From NCBI RefSeq assembly GCF_009834535.1, contig NC_045698.1, forward strand, positions 7,690,001 through 7,754,000: DNA of 64,000 bases, read 5' to 3'. This DNA is from Camelus ferus. Lineage: Eukaryota. The notes below the pieces were generated by a model that was not told where the DNA came from, did no database searches, and saw only the letters and a list, made by a program, of their open reading frames with translations. The stretch's first letter is position 1, and every line of letters starts with the position of its first letter. The position numbers and the translations under genes are program-made. Positions 12,066 through 24,691 of this stretch are shown here, in pieces.

Positions 12066-13269
12066 GGAGAAGGTGATTATCTTAATGCTGTTATGAGTGC
12101 ATCTGATACTAATTCAGGCTCAAAGAGGTTCACAGTCAGTGTTCCAGAAATACATGCTGAAAAGTGATAATGAACCTCCAGTTACAGGAAGCTGGGATCA
12201 TAGCATCATTTCTCAGAATTCCTAAAACAATAAGACAAAGGCTTTTTGTGACTACGGGCTGGGAACATTTACAAAGTGATAACAGCCATTGTATTACTGC
12301 AGATCAAAGCTGTGTTAAAAACAATATGAGGCTGCTTTAAAAAGTTAAGGTTGACTTACATCCGTCTGGCTCCACTAGGGCCTCAAAAGCCGCTGTTCAG
12401 AATTTCCCACAGGTTGACTTTGCTGCTATGACTGAGAAATTGGATATTTTACTCCTCCGCCTAAACCTTTTCCAATGAATAATCTCAATTGACCTCTACT
12501 GTCTACCTCAAGGCAGGAACTCATCAGTATTAAGACAGAAATATGAGCTTTGTTCTGGTCGCCTTCTTAAAATTCTGCTGTAAGGAAGACTGTTTTTATT
12601 TTATCTTTTCTTCCCCCTGAAATCTCTTTGTTAGTTTTCCTTCCTTAGCAAGAACGTAGCTAGTCACTCTCAGGCTCTGTGACCGGCTGAAAATATACTG
12701 TTAACCTTATCGAGTTTGTCATAACTCAGAAGACTGGCAATTTCTCCTCATTCTGCTTTCTTTAACTTGAATAATCATAAGAGGATGGCTGGGAAGTGGT
12801 TTTATTTTATTGGGAAAGGGTCTGAAAAAAAATTCTGATTTCCACAAATAAAACACACATCGTGTAGCTGATGGCTGAGTATGTCTTCAGTTTATGCAAG
12901 AATGATTTTAGCTGCAGCAGGAGAACCGTCTGGCTGTGGGACACCGTAACTGCAGCGGTTCTAAGACAGTGTCGTCCTTGGATCTTAGTCCTCAAGACGG
13001 AAAGAATATCACAGAAAAGGGAAAATTAAGGAAACTGTCAAAGACAAACCCAACACCCCCAACCTCAAAATCCATGCTTTTCTTGGAGAGTTCTTTCCTG
13101 TTATCAAGAAACATAATTTGTCGGCTTTATAAATTGTTCTAGAATGAAGCTTCTGTCTTCTTTCCTGATGTTTGTTCAGCCTTGTTATTACCAATGGGGA
13201 GAGCACGCGTGAGAAAATTGGACAACCTGCCTCATTTCAAGACGTGGAGGCAAACACCCTCCACGCACT

Positions 13270-14125
13270 GTCAGCAGGTAAAACACAGCAGTGTATTTTT
13301 TAAAAAATGTCAAAGATCGGACTCCAGGAATGTAAGCGTGGTCTAATGTGAGAAAAACTATTAATATAGTACATCCTTTGAATACATTAAATGAGAAAAA
13401 TTGTATGATTATCTTCATAGGTCAAAAATAATGTTTATACCAGGCCTCAAATTGTCAATAAAATAGATGATAAGACACTTTGTGGTAAGATGTGAGATAT
13501 AAAACACAACACACACATTTTATACACACGTGCTAATCACATGTATGTGCACATAACACAGTCACATGCATGTGCACATCATATTATGCACACGACAGTC
13601 ACATATATGGGCAATCAGTTATACACATCAGCCATAATGATGTTCACATCATATACACATGCCGATCACATGTATCTGTACCCTGCATTACACACACACA
13701 CACTCACGTGTATGTGTACCTCCTGTTTCTCACTTTCAAGTCACACAAGCCTTATCACTGCATCAGAGCAATCACCAGTATCATGTTTGATGGTGAACCA
13801 TTAGAACGGACCACTTTGATCACCGTCATTCAACATTGTTCTGGAAGTGCTACTTAATGAAATTAGATAGAAATTTTATTTTATTTATTTTTTATTTATT
13901 TTATTTTATTGAAGTATATTTGGTTTACAGTGTTGTGTAGAGACAAATTTTAAGCCAGGGTCTATACCCTGGTCAGACAAAGGCAGTTATTGTTTTCAGG
14001 TGCTACGATTATCTACCTGGAAAACCCAATAAAACCCAGTGGAAAAACTCTTGCAAACAACAAGATAACTGAATAAGCTGTCTGGTTACAAAATGAGCAC
14101 ACAAAAAGCAATGGGACTTCTACTC
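13270..14125 (+). mobile_element. Ancient L1 ORF2 fragments (interrupted by a CA-rich repeat and a tiny L1 tail)
   Basis: ttcaacattgttctggaagtgcta; atctacctggaaaaccca; ctggttacaaaat..acacaaaaagcaat. Confidence 0.6.
13500..13725. repeat. Degenerate (CA)/(CACAT)-rich low-complexity tract
   Basis: Repeated acacac/cacat/tatac units. Confidence 0.7.
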
Positions 14126-14324
14126 AGAAATTAGTATAAAATACTGCAGACACAGAAGAGTATGAGAAAACTGCAGAAGCACCTGTATACCCACCATCTG
14201 GCTTCACAAATGAAAAGCTGCTGATACGGTTGAAGTCCTTTGTATTCCCCCCCGAGCACATCTTTGCCTCAGAGGTAATCTGCATTGTGAATTGGATGTG
14301 TGTCATTTTCATGCAGTTCTTAAT

Positions 14325-14601
14325 AGCAGCATAACGTCTTCTACTGCGCTTTGCAGACACTGTTTTTTACAAAAGGTTTGTGGCAACCCTGTGTCCTCAG
14401 ATGATGGTTAGCATTTTTAAACAATATTTATTAATTAAGATATAGGTGTTGTTTTTTAGACATAATGCTATCACATGCTTAATAGACTACAGTATAGTAT
14501 AAGCATAACTTTTATATGCACTGGGAAACCATAATATTTGTATGACTCATTTGATTGTGGTGGTCTGGAATCATATCCACAATATCTCTGAGGTAAGCCT
14601 A
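14325..14601 (+). mobile_element. Internally deleted Tigger1 derivative
   Basis: ggtttgtggcaaccctg..agatgatggttagcattttta..aatagactacagtatagt..tgcactgggaaacca..tatctctgaggta. Confidence 0.8.
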
Positions 14602-14669
14602 TGCTTTTATTAAATATATATGTACTTGTAAATTCCATCACTGATGCCCATCAAAATGGCATTTTACTG

Positions 14670-15168
14670 TCCATTGACAAATGACTGGATAAAGAAGCTG
14701 TGGTATATTTATACAATGGAATAAAATAATGTCATTTGCAGCAGTGTGGGTGGACCTGGAGATTGTCATTCTAAGTGAAGTAAGCCAGAAAGAGAAAGAA
14801 ACATGACATCACTTATATGTGGACTCTAAAAAAAAAAAAGTCTAACAAACTTATTTATAAAACAGAAACAGCCTCACAGACATAGAAAACAAACTTATGG
14901 TTACCAGGAGAGGAAGAAAGTGGAAAGTGATAAATTGAGAGTTTGAGATTTGCAGATACTAACTACTGTATATAAAATAGATAAACAACAAGTTCATACT
15001 GTATAGCACAGGGAACTATATTCAATATCTTGTAGTAACTTATGGTGAAAAAGAATATGAAAATGAATATATGTATGCTCATGTATGACTGAAGCATTGT
15101 GCTATAGACCCAAAATTGACACAACATTGTAAACGGACTATAGCTCAAAAAATGTATATAAACAAAAT
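14670..15168 (+). mobile_element. 5'-truncated young L1, TSD aatggcat(tt/cc)tactg
   Basis: L1 ORF2 end plus 3' UTR; TSD copies at 14655-14669 and 15169-15183 (13/15). Confidence 0.9.
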
Positions 15169-15559
15169 AATGGCATCCTACTGAAAGAGTTCTTCCTCGG
15201 CTCCCCAGTCTGGTCGGTCTCACGTTTGCGGGGCTCACCTGAGTGGGTGTGTGGGACTCCCACACACGCGTCTCACTGTTTTGTGTTCTAGCGCATGTAC
15301 AGAGCTCTCCTTATCTCATCTTTTGCTGTCATGAACATTCACGTACATGATCCTTTTCACAAACGTGAGTGTTTTTCCAGACCCAGGGGATTTCTAGAGC
15401 GCATACCAGGAACTGGGTAAATCAATGTCTTCATCTTTTTTAGACAGAACCCAGTTGCACTCAATTCCTTTTTGAACCAGAAGCATATACAAGTTTTCAC
15501 TGTTTTGTATACCCTTCCAAACATTTCTTTTAATCAATAAATTTTTTTCACTATATCAA

Positions 15560-16080
15560 TGATAAGTAGAAAATATAGTGGATATAAAATATCCATTAAC
15601 AATAACAGTGATAAAATTGTTAGGAATAAAATGAACATACGGGGAAGGAATTATGTGAAGAAAACTAAAACACTTGTAAACAAGAAGGCAAAGTCTTGAG
15701 TAAATAAAGAGTGATGGATACATCTTCTTTAGCTGCAAAGACCTTAAAGTGGAGAGATGAAATTTTTATCTAAATTATTCTATAAGTTCAAAACCTAAGG
15801 TCACTTCTCCCTAGGTATTTAAAAATAATATATATGAGAAAGTAGCCATGATTTGTCTTAGAAAAGAAATGTGTAAGGAGGTGAAACTAGTCCTGCCAGA
15901 TTTTAAATTATTTTCTTACACATTTAAAACAGTACAGTGATTGCAGAAAAAGACTCAAGTATGTATGAAAAAATACCATCTCAGTTATTGGAGAAAAGAT
16001 CTATTTTATAAATGTTGCTAGGCATTTTTGGCTAACAAACTAGAAATCAACAAATGGATCTCCACTTCACAGTTTACACG
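15560..16080 (+). mobile_element. Ancient L1ME-type ORF2 fragment
   Basis: Degenerate A-rich L1 ORF2 motifs (ttaggaataaa.., cctgccagattttaaa, aaaacagtacagtga). Confidence 0.5.
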
Positions 16081-16457
16081 CACACTTCACCTATTGCGTT
16101 TTTTCTCAAGTCTGCATGCACTTGAGAATTACCCCCAGGACTTTGAAAAACAACAGTGCCCAGGCACATCTCAGACCATTTATATCAATGCATCGATCTA
16201 ATGGAATTAGGCATCTTTTGCCATATTTCCAGTTCCACTTTAGAATCACTTTGCATTTGAACATCCCACAGTCAGTGAGAGAGACTGCCCAACAAAGTTT
16301 CCCATTTGACGGCTGATGATACTGGGGAGGGAGGCTAAGTGAGTGTCAGTGTCATTAGTGGCCATTTCATTAGCTGATTTTTATGGGTATTGTTAGTTAT
16401 GGCATTTACTTTCTTTCAAAATATTTTGATTAGAAGGAATCAGGTAATAAACTTAAG

Positions 16458-16459
<2 letters not shown>

Positions 16460-16536
<77 letters not shown>

Positions 16537-16555
16537 CACACACATATATATATGT
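16460..16555. repeat. (TA)n-(CA)n compound microsatellite
   Basis: Long perfect TA run followed by a CA/TA mix. Confidence 0.95.
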
Positions 16556-16704
16556 AAAATCTGGAAGGCAATGTAGTACATTAATATTAGTTTTTGCTGG
16601 GAAAAGGAATAGCTGGTCATATTTTCTTTCTGCTTTTAACAGCTTTTGCCATGAGCATATATAACTTTCACTGCCAGAATAAAACCCAAATGGATCTGTT
16701 TTTG

Positions 16705-17320
16705 TTAAAAAAAAAAAAAGAGGATATGGAAAAATAGTACAGTGGTTCCTCAAAAAATTAAAAATAGAATTACCATACGATCCATCAATTCCACTTGTGG
16801 GTATATATTCAAAAGAATTGAAAGTAGGGTCTTAAAGAGATATTTGTCCCCCCACGTGCACAGCAGCACGATTCATATGGTCAAAAGGAGGAAGCCTCCC
16901 AAAGGTCCATCAACGGAAGGATAAATAAAATGTGGTCACTGTACGCAATGGAGTATTATTCAACTTAAAAAAAAAGTTCAGACACATGCTACCATGTGGA
17001 TAAACCTTGAGAACCTTACACTCAGTGAAATAAGACAGGACAAAATACGGAATGAGTTGAGTTACGTGAGTTACCTAGAGCAGTCAAACTCACAGAAACA
17101 GAAAGTGGGATGGTGTTTGCCTGGGGCTGATGGCAGGAGGAGTGAGGAAGCCGCGTCTAATGGGCACAGAGTTTCAGCTCAGCAAGATAAGAAGTGCTGG
17201 AGAGTGCAGCACAACATGAATGCACCACACTGTGGAACTGTGCACTTAAAAATGGTCTAGATGGTAAATTTTATGTTATGTGCACTCTATCACAATTAAA
17301 AATCTAAAAAAGAAAGTAAA
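16705..17320 (+). mobile_element. L1MB-like 3' portion
   Basis: aaaaatagaattaccatacgatcc..acatgctaccatgtggataaaccttga..gatggtaaattttatgttatg. Confidence 0.85.
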
Positions 17321-18483
17321 AAGGGGAATGCTAGCTAGCTGTGTCTCTGGGAAGTGACTGCCTGAAGGTCGAGCTGACCCTGGGACGTGGGGATCCTGCA
17401 GATGTCCTCTGAAGGTCACCTTTACCTTTGTGAATCTGTAAAATGTTAGAATTCTTTCCTCACCCTCAAAAAGAATTCAGTGAATTAAAAGGATTTTCAT
17501 AACATGATTCGTAACTTGTATTTTGAGTTTAAACCAAGGGTACTTCAAGAACCTCATATGAATACATACAAGTTTTCAGATTTTGGCAAGTTCAGTGAGA
17601 AGGAAAAATGGGTTTTTGGATTCATTTTCAATGTAATCTGTTTTTCCAGTCTCTGGTGTACAGTGTGATTCATTTCAAAGGGGCTCTATTTCAGGCAATG
17701 GGGCTTTAAGAAGGACTTACACAAGATGAAGCCACTGCATCTAATTTATCATTCGGGAACCCAAACTTTGTAATTATGTGGCCAATCATTTCCAATCATG
17801 AGTCAGCTGTGAGTCTAAATAGAGGAGTTCACCCACTGCAATTATGTAAGTTCCTCTTATTGCAAAGGTTGTAATTACTTGGACAGGCCTCATCACTGGC
17901 TCCCTTTCAAGTTTCAGAGGAAACTTCTCTTTGAGATGTGCAGCCGTACCTCCAGGCTCCACAGTCAGCCTGACTCCGTCATGGGTGGACCCATCAGGAC
18001 CAGAAGCATGATGGACCTTCCCACCACAACATGAGGATAAGGCTCCTCGTCATGGTACCCGGAGTGTAGACAGAATTCAGCCGCAGCTCTTTAAGAAAGG
18101 CATCCCCAAGGGGCCAGGCTCCAGTCTGGAGATTTTGGAGCTTCGTACTAGTCAGGCATAAGCAACCCACGTTTTGTAGATTACAAGTTCATGTTTGTTT
18201 GTGTTTTTTTTTTTTAAAGTCAGTTACTGAAACTTCAAAAGAAATACATGCTCTTAGTAAAAATTCAACTGCTGCAGAAGAGTCCAAAGTCAAATTAAAA
18301 CTTTTCCCACCCTTCCTTCTAACTGCCCATGATGCAATCCTCACGAACAATGAGGTGTTTTTTCTCCCATATCTTTTCTTTGCTTCTGCAAGCATATATA
18401 TGAGTATTCATTTTATGTTTACCTTATCATACTAAATGCAGTATTTATTCATTTGCTTTTTCATCTGACCACATCACAGGCAT

Positions 18484-18839
18484 CGCCTGTGAACTGAATG
18501 TTTGTCTCCCAAAAACCATATGTTGAAGCCCTAATCACCACTGGGATGGTATTTGGAGATGAGGCCCATTAGAGGTAATTGGGTTTAGATAAGTTCTTGA
18601 GGGTGGGGCCCCAGCAATGGGACCAGTGCACTTACAGGGAGATGAAGGGACAAGAGCTTTCTCTTACCAGCACGTGAGGTCACAGAAGGCAGCCGTGTGT
18701 GCACCCGGAGGAGGGCCCTCACCATGGACCTGACCATGCTGGCCCCCGATCTCGGACTTCCAGCCTCTACAACTCCAGGCAATAAATGTCTAAGCCACTC
18801 AGTCTATGGTAATGTGCTGTAGCAGTCAGAACCACGACA
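18484..18839 (+). mobile_element. MLT1 (MaLR) LTR, MLT1A/B-like
   Basis: gaactgaatgtttgtc..tatgttgaagccctaa..ggacttccagcct..aataaatgtc..agccactcagtctatggta. Confidence 0.8.
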
Positions 18840-19299
18840 GCATCCTTTGAGTGTAATATATTTAGTTGATCTCATTCTTAAAAGATGAACAGTAGCCCCT
18901 GGCAGGGAGGTTCCACGGTGCATTGAGTCATTCGGGTTTTGAAGGATTTGTTGGCAGTTTGCCATTTCAGACAACGCTACAACAATGACCTTTTGCCCCC
19001 GACACACTCCAAAATTTCCTTGACTAAAAGAAACTTAACTGTTAAACTACCAGAACTCTCAATTGGAGTTTAGAGAAATAAAGAAAAATGATGGCGTGGC
19101 CCGTACTGACAGTGACGATGAGGATGGTGCTAACACTGACCCTGACCTACATCTGGGACGCACTGCTGTGGCCGTTCAGTTATTCATGGCGGTGTTCATT
19201 CTGACTGCTCAGTGTCTGTGCTAATCTGGTTGTAAAATATTTGTAATATCACCCCTGAAAATATATCTTCCATTTATTTTAATTGAGCACAGTGGTCTC

Positions 19300-19410
19300 A
19301 TTTGAGGCTAATAAATTCCAGATGGAAGGCACTGTTATCACCTTCATTTTACGGATAAGGAAACTGAGGCTCAGAGATTGAGTCACTTGCCCAAGTAAGC
19401 CACGGGGCAG
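19300..19410 (-). mobile_element. MIR SINE fragment
   Basis: MIR core cattttacggataaggaaactgaggctcagaga..acttgcccaag; other MIR cores near 8190, 9310, 24830, 54960 and 55825. Confidence 0.75.
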
Positions 19411-19739
19411 CCCAGGCTGGTTGACCACATGCCATTGTTCGGTACAGCAGAGGATATGTTTAGTAGTTAGAAAAACTGCACAGGGAAAATTGACTTGGAG
19501 AACAAGTTTAAATTCTGACAATAAGCCAGGGGACAGGGAGGACATCTCGGGCAGGGACTAGACCAAGCCTCTGTGCTGAGAACGAGAAAGTGCTGTCTAG
19601 CTGGTTTCCTTCTCTGAGAAGACAAGTGTGGAGGACTTTGGGACTCTGGTCCAAACCTGCTTCCCTGAACCTATTTCTCACCACTGTACTCAGCCCCACT
19701 GGACTGTAGCATCCACTGCTCCACATACACGCTTTAAAC

Positions 19740-20238
19740 TGTCGACTGAAATAAAATCACATAATGTGAAAGTTGTGAGTTAGGTTTTATTTGGGGCAAA
19801 ATGAGGACTATGGACCAGGAGACAGCATCTCAGATTGCTCTGAGGAACTGCTCCAAAGAGGTAGGGGGGAAGGTCAGTATACACATGATTTTAGCGAATG
19901 GGGGTTACATGCAGTCAAGCACACATTTAAGCAGAGGCTTGCTGCTAGTCACAAGGAGCAGGTGTCCCCATGAAGGATTTTAGTGCTTTTCTACGTATGA
20001 GGAGACGCAAGAATTTGGGCTCATAAAATCTTCTCCTGAAAACATCTATCTGAAGGCCTGTTCTGCCAGTTTTTCCCAGAGCACAGAGCACCTCCTTCCT
20101 GACCTCCACCCTGAACGCCTTTCAGGCGGGGTTGCAGGTCAGTGGCTCGTGATTTAATCCTTATAGAGGTAGATGGCAAGTACCAACGTGATTGAATCCC
20201 TGAGGAGGGAAATGGCAAGCGCCAGTTTTTAGTTGGCA
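19740..20238 (-). mobile_element. ERV solo LTR related to the 2840/4114 family
   Basis: TGTCGACTG...AGTTGGCA termini; shared ttttatt..tgaggact..gactgctc segment; flanks aaac/acac. Confidence 0.8.
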
Positions 20239-20463
20239 ACACTTACTATTGTTGGCCACACTGGCCCTTTTTGTAAATGTTTGTCTGCCTACCTTTTAGT
20301 CACCTTTCAAAGCATATTCAAAACACGGTACCCTGCACAGCGCTCAGAGCATCCTCAGAGCCTGGACCAGGCTCTTCCTCTTGATGCCCTTTTGGTCTGA
20401 AGTTTGTCCCTCTCCTAAAGCACTGATCATTTTGATCTTAAATGACAGTTATCTGTGTCCATG

Positions 20464-21065
20464 TGTTGGAGCAGGCTAGATAGCTAGATATGAGCAGACA
20501 AAGGATGGGCACGGGCTAAATGGCAGGAAACCACACATCTTGTAAACAACAGAGGTCTTTGGGGAGAAAAAGAGAAGCCAGGAACCTCTGGGCTGATAAG
20601 AAGTCACACATTTTGGGGAGACAAGTGCCCTGGAGGCAGACGAAGGTGGGAAAGGGCAGGACTCGCCAGGGTCTGAATGTGACCTCTTGCTCGTTGTGCC
20701 CTCATCACCATAAAGTTTGCCTGGCAGGTTCGAAGTACCATCATGCACCGAGGCCAGAACACTTCCAATCCAGACTGAAAAAGACAAAACTCCCTTCTCC
20801 CCTTGGGAAGGTGGAGTTGGGATGAAAATCAGGGAATATGACCCCAAGCTCTTCCCTCCCCAATGACTATCCCACCCATTCATTTTCAAACCCTCTGTAA
20901 CCAGCTTGTCAAAAGAGACTCAGGGCAGCCGCTCGCCTGAGTCGGCCTGCGCCCCCGTTAAGGGCGTGCTATCCAGCCCTTAAAAAATCCCCACTTCACA
21001 CGCTTCACCTCTGTGTCCTGTCTCTGAATTCCTTCTGTGATGAAACAACCCAATTGCCGGCAGTG
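20464..21065 (+). mobile_element. ERV1-type solo LTR (family unassigned)
   Basis: Starts TGTTGGAG; LTR-like U3 and an R/U5-like end (gtgtcctgtctctgaattccttctgtgatgaaaca); 3' boundary approximate. Confidence 0.65.
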
Positions 21066-22020
21066 CACGTTTTAAGGCACTTACTCTGTTGTGAGCTCCT
21101 GTCTTGTTCCTCTTTGTTTCACTCATAGAACGTTAGCCCTCACACACACTGCACGTTCACAGCGATGACTGGTCTAAGTATTTCTGAGTAAAGGAAAGTA
21201 AGTCTGAAAGGAAATCTCAGACATAAAATGAAGGGGTAGACCCCCCCATCTTTGGACTTAGGCAAACTCCCAGTTACTGGGAGTTACTGTTGCTTTTTAA
21301 TCAAAGGTAATAAATGCAACTGTCAGTGACGTAATTATTCTGACAGTGGTGCACAAGGTGAATTAAAAAAAAAAATTCTATTGCCTACATGGAGTTGAGC
21401 AATGGGATTAGAGAAGAATCATTGTATTGGAAAGTATTTAGAATATATACGGTTTAGAGAAAGTGACAAGGAGGACTGGGCAAGGGGACTGCCTTCAAGG
21501 CAGGAGGCTGAGACCCAGCAGCGGGTTGGAAAGAAGAGAGAAGAGGTGATGACGACTTAAAGTCAGAGTATAGGAAATTGGGATGAAGAAAAGAGGGAGA
21601 TGGAGAATTTCCCAATTTCCATGCTTTACAAACTACACCGCTAACCCTTGGTGTTGTGTGGAGACATGTGACACATTTTTCTGGGGAGTTTATTTTGAGC
21701 AAAGTTTAGGAAAAATACATTTTTATTCTATTAAAGTCATACATACCTTAGGAGCATGAAATGTTAATATAAAATGCTAGGCTACAAAAAAAGAATACTA
21801 GATTAGAAAAAATTCAGAGTTGGGCCATTTTATGTTCCAAACTCAGACACCAGGGATTACAAGTTCACTGTTTTCTGCAGTGAGGGTGTTGGGGGGGGCA
21901 GCATTTGAAGATGCCACACTGACCTTGAGTCAAGGCTGAGACATCCAGGGGGAGATGCCCAGAGCACAGGGGAAATGGGGAAGCAGGAAAAGGCCAGTGG
22001 AGGCCCTTTTCCAAGAAAGG

Positions 22021-22770
22021 TGTGTTATTTTGATAAATAAACATATATTTAGTCTTTGTCCCGGTCCCTGGCACAGAGCTCCTAAAACTCTTGGAATTTC
22101 CTAAGCTGTGAGAGCTATCAAGGTGTCTTCTGTTATGTTAATGAGGCGACAATGGAGAAGCCCCTGGGTAACCTAATGATGGCTGGTTGCCAGTAGACAA
22201 CCAGTCCTGTGGCTGGAGGGTTGGAACTTTCAGTCCACTTTTGACCTCTGGGGGGAGAAGAGGAGGTAGAGATTAAGCTCAATTACCAATGGCCCATGAT
22301 TTAAGCCCTCACGCCTGTGTAATGAAACCACCATAATCCCCAAAAGGACAGGATTTAGAGAGCTTTCAGGTAGGTGAACGAGTGGAGGTGCTGGGAGATC
22401 GGTGCCTGGAGAGAGCTTGAAAACGCTGCACCAGCCCCCATCTCAGACATCCATTCCATCTGGCTGTCCCTAAGTTCCTTTTACACCCAACCAGTGATCT
22501 AGTAAATCAGATATTCTCTGAGTTCTATGAGCTACTCTAGCAAATTACTCAAACCCAAGGAGGGGAGGTAGGAAACTCTGAACTATGGCTAGTTGATCAG
22601 AAGTGCAGGCGACAACCTGGACTTGAGATTGGCATCTCACGTCGGGGAGGGGACAGTCTTGTAGACCTGAGCTCTCCACCTCTGGGATTTGATGCTGTCT
22701 CTAGGTAGATAGTGTCAGAATTGAGTTCATTGTTTGGTGGGGTTGGAAAAAACACTGGAGTGGGTCCAAA
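22021..22770 (+). mobile_element. MER21-family LTR
   Basis: MER21 motifs: tttagtctttgtcccggtccctggcacagagctcctaaaactcttggaatttcct; gggttggaactttcag; aggtagatagtgtcagaattgagtt. Confidence 0.8.
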
Positions 22771-23719
22771 AAAACTCTCCCTAATAAAGTCCTCGCATGT
22801 TACGCCTGCCCTGGCATCAGCTGCTCAGAGGAACTGAGTGTACATTTCCTTTATTGAATTCCCCAAAGTCTTGTCTTAGCCAGAATGAGCAGGTCCAATT
22901 CCTTCTACAACTCCTCATATTAACTCCTCACATATCAGTCATTCAACAAATACATAATCGCCAACGTACCAGGCATGGCTGGATTAGCTTGGTTTTTCCC
23001 TGAATGCCACCTGTCTCGACTCCATTGCTCCTAAAAGGTCCACCTAAAAGCGAACCCAGTCCTCAAGTACAGTCAGGCAGGTCGTGTCAGGAAAGAACGC
23101 TCACCCTCCTTGTTCAGGACGGATGACTTCCCTTCGGGCATAGTAACGCTGTGTGTGCTCACAGGGGGCTGCCTCTTACTGTGATTTCACTGTTGACTTG
23201 AAATCTTGGGTTTTTTCTTTCCCACTTACTCCTGCGGATTCATGTCTTCTTATCCTGCATTTGAGCAATTGCTCTTTTGGAAAGATGGGGCTCATATTTA
23301 TTCACAGGACAGCCCGTAGGTTAGCCCAGCCTGTGGTCTTATCTGGATGCGGTCCCCTTGGTCCTGACTTGGATATTAAGCTACTGGCTCACACCCACGG
23401 GTTGATGAGCAGGCTTTGTACTTCTGCATCCCTGGGCAGGCCTAGTGAAAAGCGGCTGGTAAACTGAGCGGGAAGCACAGTAGAGTCTATCTCTTAATTT
23501 TGATTTTTCTATAGGAAACTTGTTTTTCTGTTCATTGCGCCAGCGGCAGTGGGAATGGTTAGACGTCCTGCTGGCAAGAAGTGTTGGGTGAGCTCGCTGT
23601 GAATTTTTATGAAGACAATGACGTTTTTAGAAGGCTGCAGATGAAACACTGGAGAAATGTGTTCTTTCGCAGATGACTGAGTCTGGCCATGCTTGTGTGT
23701 TTTTTTAAATTCAATACAA

Positions 23720-23762
23720 GTTTCACAAGATCATGGGTTCAGTCCCCAATACCTCCACTAAA

Positions 23763-23798
<36 letters not shown>

Positions 23799-23868
23799 AC
23801 AAACAAACAAACAAACAAACAAACCAATAAATCAATAAATCTATCTATCTAATTATCTTCCCCTCAAA
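23720..23868 (+). mobile_element. 5'-truncated vic-1-type SINE with (TAAA)n(CAAA)n tail, TSD AAATTCAATACAA
   Basis: gggttcagtccccaatacctcca; TSD at 23707-23719 and 23869-23881. Confidence 0.8.
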
Positions 23869-23882
23869 AAATTCAATACAAA

Positions 23883-23992
23883 TTTAAAATTTTTTTAAAT
23901 TGAATTATAGCCAGTTAACAATGTGTCAATTTCTGGTTACAGCATAATGTCCCAGTCATGCATTTACATACATATGTTCGTTTTCATATTTT
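23883..23992 (-). mobile_element. Short young L1 3' tail
   Basis: ttgaattatagccagttaacaatgtgtcaatttctggttacagcat. Confidence 0.75.
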
Positions 23993-24098
23993 AAAAGTTC
24001 AATTTTTTAATATCTGAATTAAAAATTCTAATCCATTGCCAAAGAGGAAAAAGTTCCCTTACGTTCAGGAAAAGCTAAATAAAGACCTTTGATGTAGT

Positions 24099-24691
24099 TA
24101 TAAGACAGGAGGGAAGCAGGCAGGGCACAGCCACTAAAAGAATGACACGGCAATGAGCACCGAGATGGCGAAAGACCCAACTCCCAATGGACCTTGAGCT
24201 TCAATATTCACTCATTGAAATACAATAGCTGCTAAATGCTCCTCCCACAGGTACCTGGGCAGTTTTAAGGCTGACCATTAAAGGTCAAAGGGTGGGCATG
24301 GCCCATTTTCTGGGAATCCCACCGCCTTCCCCAAAGTGGTTGGAGTCATCTTCCCACTTACTAGCACAAGAAGTTACCAAGCCCATAAAACCTAGCAACA
24401 CCGCGCCCGTGGCCACTGTCCCTTCCGAGTGAGACGGACCGCACGCTATGGAGAGTGTGTCCACTTTTACTTTGAACTGAACACCCAACCCCCGCACCTC
24501 CTGGCCTTTCTCTTGCCTTCTGGAGCAGCCTGCACTCTGTGTATGGAGTATGGATCTCTCTGAATAAATCTACCTTTACTCAACTGTGGCTCGTTCTTAA
24601 ATTCTTTCCTACATGAAGCCAAGGACCCACACTTGGCAGAACATGTCCTGGGGACATGGCTATCCTCTCGCCTGCATTTTTTCCTGTATTG
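24099..24691 (+). mobile_element. MER41-like ERV1 solo LTR
   Basis: Collinear with the recalled MER41 consensus: ccgagatggcga, gctaaa..ctcccac, ttctgggaa..ttccccaaa, tatggagta, aataaa, aattctttcct..ccaagga. Confidence 0.75.
24308..24316. promoter_or_regulatory. GAS (STAT) motif TTCTGGGAA within the MER41-like LTR
   Basis: Perfect TTCN3GAA at the position of the MER41 tandem GAS pair; second site degenerate (TTCCCCAAA, 24327-24335). Function is untested. Confidence 0.55.
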
